Assembly (NCBI GenBank): GCA_051362555.1
Contig: CM120640.1
Coordinates: 20,522,001 to 20,586,000 of the forward strand
Reading direction: 5' to 3'
DNA: 64,000 nucleotides
Source: Lingula anatina
Taxonomy: Eukaryota > Animalia > Brachiopoda
Position numbers and translations under genes: made by a program. This document shows, one piece after another, positions 51,601 through 61,200 of this stretch (its first letter is position 1; each line of letters starts with the position of its first letter). The notes beneath the pieces are model-generated. The model was not told the DNA's origin. It ran no database searches and worked only from the letters and a program-made list of their open reading frames with translations.

Positions 51601-54600
51601 TTTTGCTTTTGTTCAAAGATGCCTTTTACCTGTGCAGGTGTTGATACTGTGTCATCTGCAAGGTGAAGTGGTGTCCTTGAACTCACAGTACTAACAACAA
51701 TACTGTGGTGGTGGTACTAACCAGCAGAGGACAGATCTTTTGCCATAAAATATTTGATAAAAGAGAAAAAATTTAGTTCAAAAATAAAAAATAAGTTAAT
51801 GAACGTCTTCCCCAACAGAAGTCTCTTTAATAACCCAAAGTCACATAAATTCAAAGTCACATTTGATTGGAAAAAATTACAATGTGACTGCACATTATAA
51901 ATTAAAATGATTTTTTTTTTTTTTTTGGTAATCAAAACTATGTTATTGTCATTAATATGCAGAAATAACAAATCAGCGTAATGCAATCAACAAGCCCTAT
52001 TTAGTAGCCATTATCTTTAGTTGAACCTGCATGCATAGGCACATGAGCTTGGGGAGGGGGCGTAGGCTAAGTTGCTTACCCCCTCTCCCTTTTACACGAA
52101 TGGTTAGTCCCCACTTCAAAGTTTCCAAATACGCATCTATGCATGTAGAGCTTCTAAATACAAACAACACTTTCCTTATCTTTGCACAAGAACTAGCAGA
52201 ATTCATTATAATAGCAAGTATTATGACTTTTATGAACTAATATATACTGTAGAGCATTACTAACCCTTATATAATGTTCAAGTAGAGCATGAGTAGTTTA
52301 TGCACAGCTTCACATCATGGCATCTTGAATAAGAGGCAAACAACTGCCAGATGTAAAGCTGTTTGTATGCTGCTTTACCTATCTGCTTTTTTTTAGATTT
52401 AAACTAACCAGCCCCTGCTTTAAGAACTACATGTAGGACTATTAGTTTCTGCTTTTAGGCCAGAGAAACCAATTAGCACTCATAGGATCTAGGATCATGA
52501 AGATTAAATCTGCTTTTGGACGATTCTTAGGACCAAAACAACAGCATGCTTTTTACTCTACAACCACTATAAATCTATAATTTACGTGCATTAAATATCT
52601 GCTTTCATGCCTAAAGCTAATTTGGAATCCTTTTAAAAACTTGCACAATATGCTATAATGGTGTAGTCTTAGGTTGCTAATAAAAATACTTCAAGTCTGA
52701 GAAAAGACTGAAATCAATGATACAAATAAATCAAAAATCAAAGTAACCTAAATTTATTTTCTAATTGGGGCTTCTTGAATTATAATTGTTTCAGCAGGCA
52801 TTGATGCATTACAGCAGTCATGTAACTTTTTTTTTTACAATTCCAGTTACTGGTATTGACAGGATTTTTGAATTCCTAACTTAAAGACTATTGAATTAAA
52901 TAATTTTTCAAATAAGCCCAAGGCATTAATGCAATAGTTCTCTTCTTGTCCTCAAAAGACATCCATCAGATTAAATTAACTGAACATTAAAAGAAAAATA
53001 AAGGAACTAATATTTTACCTCACAGCTGCTGTTGCCGTACAGTCAGATGATGACATTAAGGCGTGAGATACATAAAGTCAGAAAGTCTTAAATGGAAAAT
53101 TATGCAGCATTTACATAAAAATGACATTTGGCATTTATTTCTGTTCTCTTTGATCTGTGACAGTTGGAGGAGATCATGACTGCATGATCCATGTTATTAA
53201 GCATGGGTGTGGTCAACTGTATGACCACCAGCTGACCTGTTGCTACATGTCCATTCAAACAAGATGTATTCATTTAGGTTTCTCCTAAAATCCAATCATG
53301 ATTATTTCTCATCATGGAATTTAGTATTTCATATTTGATTACTTTAATTAAAATTTAATTATAATTTAATTTTTGAAAGAGTACATGTTTGTGACTATCC
53401 TACATTATTTTGATGTTGAACAATTTGAATGGATCAGTAAATAATAATAACTCCTGAATATTTTTTGGATCAGAATTATCAGAAATGACAAACAATTATT
53501 AACATCAAATTCATATTTTTAAATAGATATGAAAATGAAATTTAAGTGATTTTAACTATTATTACTTGATTGTATTTTCTCATGAAGTATATATGGGTTT
53601 ATATAATTTTAGAGCTAACAGAAACTTTTTCAAGCCTGAAAAGTGGACTGAATATTTTCAAGGAATGCATAATATGTCATATATAATACTGACCTGTAAT
53701 ATGTTGAATATCATTAAGTAAGGTTTTTACTAAAAGTTGACCTGATTCCAGGGGAGACTGGAGTCCCTAGTTCAACGGAATGGCTTGGCAGTCTTCTATC
53801 AGCTGGGGACAAGGTGGGAGCCAATCCTATACTCATGCCTATAGGTAATTTATACAGCCTAGGGTCATCCTGGCATGTCTTTCTGTTCTTCAAAAAAGTT
53901 ATAATAAAATTTGTCAAAAATAAATTAACGATTAGAAAATATTTAAACTTTACATAGATCACGGTTGGCATTTAATGAAAATATTTTACGGTAACAATGA
54001 GTTGGCACCATCAGGTGGAGATGACTAACTGTTTTACAGCTTGAATTATACGACCTTCAGGTTCAAAGAGGAGAGATACAAAAAAGCACTACCATTGCTC
54101 CAATTTTGTTTTCTGTTTTCTGTCGTGGTGGCACATCTTTTTCTGTTTCATGGTATTTGTTATGTGAAACCATATTAAAAATGAAACCATTGAAAATGTG
54201 GGCTGGTTATAAAGGACCATTCCCATACACTATCATACTAACTGTGGAGCGATCTCTCTCCAAAGGGATTCTCACTAAATTGTAATAAACTTAAGTGGCC
54301 TAGATGTCTGTCACACCTACTGAAGCTGCTAAGGGGCAATTAATTATTGTTTAGCAGCTTCAGTAGGCATGCCAGACATCTAAGCTGTTTAAGCTGAAAG
54401 CAATTTAGAGAGAAACTCTTTGGAGAGGGATCAAGCCTGTTAGATCGATTTAGGTATGGGAGTCACTTCTAACTCTCTGTAACAATCAAAACCATATTGA
54501 ATACATATTATCTCCCCAATTGTATCTAAACATTTTTCAGTTTACATTTCAATTAGTCAAATATTGTACTGATTTCAATATTCTAAAAAATTATCAAATA

Positions 54601-57600
54601 AGTCAGCTTTTGATCTGTTGTTTGTTTTCAGACAACTGGCAGGTTACTGAAAGTAGACTGAAAGACAAGAGTATCAGCCTGATTGGGAATTCCACTGACC
54701 TCATTGATGAAATATGGCCAGGCTCTGACAGACCAGCTTTTCCTAATGGAGACATCATTATTTTGAATATTACATTTTCTGGTAAGAGAGGGGAAAAAAC
54801 AAAAAATCCACCCCTAAGAAATAAATAGTATATGTCAGTTTTCTTTTTTTCACAGTTACCTGTAACTTGATAACATTACTTTTAGCATAAGTAGATGAAA
54901 ATGTCCTGTAGCATATTTCAGTAGATTGCAGTTAACAAATTAATGATACAAAACTATACAATGTCATTTCATAATGTATCCTATACTAATTTCAAGTTCT
55001 AATTTCTGATCTTGCTGTTTTTTCCCCTATAATCTAAGTCTTAAATCAAATAAAGATTTCTGTATTTTAAGGCAAAAGCTGGCAAGACAAAGTGATAGAG
55101 CTTCGCAAGAAAATGGCAGACAAGAACACCCGTGCACTTTTTGTTACAGCTTTGGATGAAACAGCATGTGTGTTTTAACTCTAAAAGTTTAAAACAAAAA
55201 TTACATTTAATTGCTTTTATTATTATTATTATTATTGTTGTTGTTGTTAAAATAATTGCTCGAAGAAAGAATAAGGAATTGGGCATTTATCTAAAAGAAA
55301 ATTTGTGATTGATGGTGATCATGTTGTTGTTTAAACTTAACTGACATAATATTATACAATAGGATATGATATAATATAATATAATATAATATAATATAAT
55401 ATAATATAATATAATATTTGGTTAAAGATGTTATTTTGTGATTCCTGTATGTTTTGTGCAAAAATCAATTCAACTACATATTTTTAGGGCTGTTCAATTT
55501 ACGAGGATCCGATATTGCCTATAATCCATTTTTCATCTCATATGCCATTGTGGAAGAAAATGATGTCAAGTTAGTATGCCTCTCTATTTGGTGTCATAAA
55601 AATGCCAGACATGTTATCTTATGGGGTGAAAATATGCCTAAATCAAAATTTTAATTTTTTTAGAAATGTATTAAATCCAAAGATTAATCATGCTAATATT
55701 TCTAAACACTGTTCAAGTCCATGGCAGTTGGTTTGAGTTAATACATATAAGATTAGAACAAGTACATATTCTCAATAGTCTTTAAAGTCTGTCTGATGAA
55801 ATTAGAGTACCTGTGGCCTTCTGCCCCATTGGCAACTGTCTGAACACTACAAACTGTTTCAGAAGCTATAACTTTCTGTGCAGTGCAACCTAATTCAAAA
55901 TACTGTAACACATAAATTGGTATTGAATTAAGGATACCGAAATAAAAAGAAACGCATATAAATAACCACTATTCATGGAACCTATAGGTAAATAAATTCA
56001 AAGATCAGATACATTTTGGCCATGTTGTACAGAAATACACATGTACCATCTTAGCACACTAAGGGCTAAATTGCTTCAACCTGTCAGCTAATATTTAATT
56101 CCAAAGGTATTTTGCAGGTTCTACTTGAGTAATAAGACTGGTCGTCTGACCCCAAAGATTGCTGATCACCTTAATACAGGAGCTACAGGAGATTGTACAG
56201 ACAAAACTGGTATTTGTGTTCAGGTAAAATAAAAGCAGTTGTATTTTTATGATAAAAATATTATTTATTGTCACTTATTGAGGAACGGAATGTATTCTAC
56301 AACTTCCTCTATCAAGCTTTCCTTTTCCTTAAACTTAAAAAGAAAGTTCACCTATTCAAAAAGGTATGAAGCCATTCAGTTTTCAAGGTGCTGTCTGTTT
56401 GGATAAAAGAATCATTCTTTCAGCCCTTTAAGGCCCAGTCTTTCATCTGAACTAAAAATGAACTAAAATTGTGTAACATCAAAATTAAAAAAGTCAGACT
56501 CATTGTTTGACAGTGTCATAGATCAAAAAATGTAATTCCAGAAAAATATTCATATTCTTCTTTTTACAGGTGAAACTCTATGAGGATGCTCTCACTGACA
56601 TGCAGACTCTTAACAATATTAGCTCCACAAAGAAAGTTTGGATCAGCCCAGCCTCCAGCTATGCTGTTTATAGTAGCATACCAGCAAGCCAGGTATTGAA
56701 AGAGAGATCTCCTATTCAACTTTTGAAGGCTGTTAAGAATCAGGTGGAGAGAGATGGATACGAAAGATGTCAGGTGTGTAAAAATTTATATTGTGAAACT
56801 TTTTACAGGTGACAGAGTGGTACATTATGTAAAGAGGTGTTTGTGCTAAATCCAAAAAACATACGGTAGTTAAAAAGGTTTTTAAAAATCAATTGGCATA
56901 AAATTGAACATATCATCCTGTGGAATTCAACAACATTTTGTATGCATGTTTTTCTATTTCACTATTTATTTCAGAAAAAAGTACCCAGAAAATTTTTGCA
57001 GTAACCTATTTTGACTAGTATAAACACCAAAGGATGTTAATTTAGTAGGAACACCAGACAAAATCTCAGAGAGAAAAGAATTGAATAACACATTAATTTT
57101 TCTCCTAAATTGTTTATTCTTATAAATCTTTTCAGATAAGAGATTCAGCTGCTTTGATAGAGTTTCTTGCCATGTTGGAGAAGGATGTAAGTAGATGAAC
57201 ATATAAATGACATATTACTTGTACATATAGATGAAAGCACATAATCTTTCTTCAAGTGATGTATAAGTTCTTTACTAATGAGATGCAATTATTATATATG
57301 TAATATCATTTTTAAGTGAATGACATAAAATAATAAAATACGAGCCAGGTGGCAATGCCTTTTTTTTATACAGGCTTGGATTTTTTCTGTTTATCCTAGG
57401 TAAAAAGTGGTAGTAAACAGTGGAATGAAATTTCTGCTGCAACTAAATTAGAAGAGTACAGACGGTAAGATTTTATACAGTTCCTTCCCAATTCAAAATA
57501 CTAGACTTGATACAAATAAAAGACTTAAGTGTGAAACAGAATCACAGTTTATTATCTTAATTAAGGTGGTTCAATACATAAAATGGCCTAAATTGGTTAA

Positions 57601-58200
57601 AAAAGCCTTTTCCTTCTCCTTTCTTATTAAATTAATAAAAACACGTTTGGAGCAAAACTTCCCTTTTTCAGTGTTTTATCTACCACCCAACACACATCTA
57701 TGTATCATCAAATATAGTTGCAGTTACAGAAATTGTATTTCATAAAAAAACATACTTGACTTTCTTTCAGGATGCAACAGTACAATATGGGCCTGAGTTT
57801 CAACACCATATCAGCAGTGGGCTCCAATGGTGCTGTCATCCATTATTCCCCAGCACCATCAACCAACAAGGACCTTACAACAACTGAGATGTATTTGCTG
57901 GACTCTGGTGGACAGTACTTGTAAGTCCCATGTACTGGAACACTGGTTCCTTAGGACTGTTCAGACTGACACCACATGCACATGTTGGCTCAACTTAGGT
58001 CACCAGATTACAAGTTTACAGTGATCACACACCCCGTTGTATATTTGGCCCTTCTGAACGTTCTTTTTAAGGAATGTCCTTCTGAAGTAAGGAGTGCTAG
58101 TAGCTCTCAGTCATTAAAAGAGTTATGAGTTATGAAAAGTCATGACAATTTTGAGTACAAAAGCAACAAAATCCAAATCCTTTGCAGCTCATTTTATCAC

Positions 58201-58231
<31 letters not shown>

Positions 58232-61200
58232 AATTTTGGAATTATCAGACAAATTTGAAGAGATAGCTACAAATTGTGGTCATATGGCCTGGTGAGATAG
58301 TAAAGTTCTAAACTAAGTTATTGTTGCTGGACTGGAAATGGCTTTTAAATTTATTAATAAAAATATTTCTGTATTTCAGAGATGGCACTACAGACGTCAC
58401 CAGGACCTTACACTTTGGGACCCCCACTGAGAAGATGAAACAGGCCTACACCCGTGTCTTAATGGGTGCTATTAATTTGGCTATGATGATCTGGCCAGAG
58501 GGAACATACGGTAAATATAATACTTTGTTACTCACTTTCTTTTACAAACTATGAAATATATTTTTCATCATGAGAAAAAGATTGCTTTCAAATTTTCATT
58601 TTAATGAAGAAAAAGATTGCTTTCAAATTTTCATTTTAATGAAAATAAAAAAGTGAACTCTTTTAACATCTTGGTGTGATCCATTCTGTAAATCTCCAAG
58701 TTAAATTCCACTTTAAGCAACACATTTACATCAGTGGACAAAATAGAAAGAACTTCTTGGTGATATTATTGAAAATATTTTAGTCAGTTATCGAGTTTTT
58801 TTCTTATTTATTTTATTGTCAAAAGGCCGTGAAATAGACTCTGCTGCAAGGGCACCACTGTGGTCATATGGATGGAACTATCGTCATGGCACTGGACATG
58901 GAATTGGAGCATTTCTCAGTGTTCATGAGGGTGAGCTGTCTTTAGGCTTGGTATTCATATGTGTGTTACAACAACCCTGAATTTCAAAGCAGGCATTCAG
59001 TCACTGAGTTTAACCAAACTTAATTTCATTCACAAGTCCAGTAAACAGCTGGTTTGTTCTATTGCACTTTAATCATCAAAAACAGTGAGTAATTTACCCA
59101 TTTTGAAACTCAGGTTTAGTTAACAGGTTTCTTTCTAGCATCATTAATTTTTCATATACAGAGACTATGTGTCTGTATATATTCTGATCACCATTTCTGT
59201 CCAAGTTGTCATTGTCCTACACATCTGTGGTCCTCCCTATAATTGCCAAACCATAATTTTCTAAATTAAAATTTAATAAAGATTTTTATTTGATGAAAAG
59301 CAATGTTGAGTTTTAAAAATATGCATAATCCTATTATTTTTTATGAAATAAATATACAATATTTTTTGCATGCATATTTGCAACATTTTTCCTGTTTGTT
59401 GTCTGTATATTTTCCAGCTTTGCTGTCTATTGTGTATACATATTTGATGGGGGAAATATTAAAATATCTCCTATGAAAGAAATATTGAAACAGTTACTCA
59501 TTTCAGTTCTTCATGAAGAATGTGAAATACAAAGCTTTTTAAATTTATTTTTGTAAAAAGAATTGAAAATCATAAACTATTTAAAATTCTGTTTCATTTA
59601 AATAGTTTTATTATGTATTGTTACAACAATGTCATTAACTTCTTTCATTATTTAAATGTCACTTTTAGGTTATGTCTCATATTTGACTTGATATCTCATT
59701 TCTTTTAGTTACATGTACAGTATTTTTTATCATTGAATATGATTTTACTACAATTTTCCTTATGTAATCTGATGTAAGTTCTGTAACATGAAATGATATG
59801 CTCTTAGATGCTGCCAAATCAGAGAACATTTTACTTAGTATAGATGCTTAATCAGGCTTTTTAATACTTCATTTCTGTCATCTGATAGTGTTTATATCCT
59901 AATAATTATCTGATATATGCAAAAAAACGTGTTATATCTGAACAATGCATTCTTTTCAGCATGAAAATCACCATGATACTCTTTCAAAGCTCCATTTATC
60001 TTGCAGTCTTACATCTTATATATATAACGCTTGTTCTACCCAGGTCCAGGCAGAATTTGTCTAGGATCAGTGTGCCCAGTACCCTCTACAAGAAGTGCAC
60101 TTTATGAACACATGTTCTTTTCTGATGGTATGGTATGGCATATGTAAATATGTATAATTATGTTTTTTGTATGTGTGGGTCACAGAAAGTCCTTCTGTAA
60201 ATTCATCTCTGATGCAAACAATGTGGGGAGCTAACATGGATGTGTGTGGTAATGGTTTCACACCACAGGAAGATACAGTGTGTGTAGATGTACTTATCAT
60301 GCAACTATATGTACCATTGCCCAGGCCATAATAATCTTTGGATGACAGAGGGAATAAAACTGACATTACAGCCACAGTGTTATGTGCACAGTAGCACCAG
60401 TTGGTCAGGGCTTCGTATCTCGAAAGGTTCGCTATGTTGCGCACGTGTGTTAGTGTCTCGATTCCATAACCGATTCTATTTCGAGATACGGGGCCATGAA
60501 ATCGAGACTCACTTGCACATATGAGCCCAGATTGTAGCATTGTGTTTGTTTGGTTGTGTTGGTGCACTGTTTCCAGTGTTTGCTCTCTTACTATCTTTGG
60601 GGAGCAACATCAGGCATGAAAGCAAAGCATGGATGTGTATTTTTGCATTCCTTATTTGAATGTTTTTTATATTCACTTGGAGAGTGAAATTTTCATATTG
60701 GGAAAATTTATTTAATCCTTGAAATTAGCAATTTAAATTACCAAAAGTCAAAGGAATAATGCAGCACATGTACTGCCAATGAACTAATTTAAAACAAATC
60801 ATTTACAACTTTTGCACATTAACTCAATTGCTATATATTGAAAAAAAAAGACTTTGCACCAACAAATCAAATAGATGGAACACTAACAAGAATTCATCTT
60901 AACATAAAAAATACTAACCTGTTAAATTACTCGAAAGCTTAACTGACATGAACAGCATAAAGTTAACATATAACATGGTCCCATGGTCCAAAAGTAATTG
61001 GACAAAACATGCACTCATAGTCAAGACAGGAAGACCTGCTGTTAAAGTACCCACATGTATCAACATTTTGTGCAAACATTGTGTGAAATTTTGTTCCACC
61101 TTGTTTGAAGGAGGGATCTACCAGGGACGTGTTTTTTAAAACATGCAGGAAATACTCCGATTATACAGCTTTTTGTCTTGTCATGCTGAAATGTGATGAA

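Noticed and set aside
53161-53234. tRNA gene
   Set aside because: Cloverleaf-like but lacks A/B box consensus and a 7-nt anticodon loop; kept only as a structural finding.
60067-60567. 166-aa antisense ORF over exon A
   Set aside because: No recognisable domain; explained by the opposite-strand exon and the GC-richer structured element.
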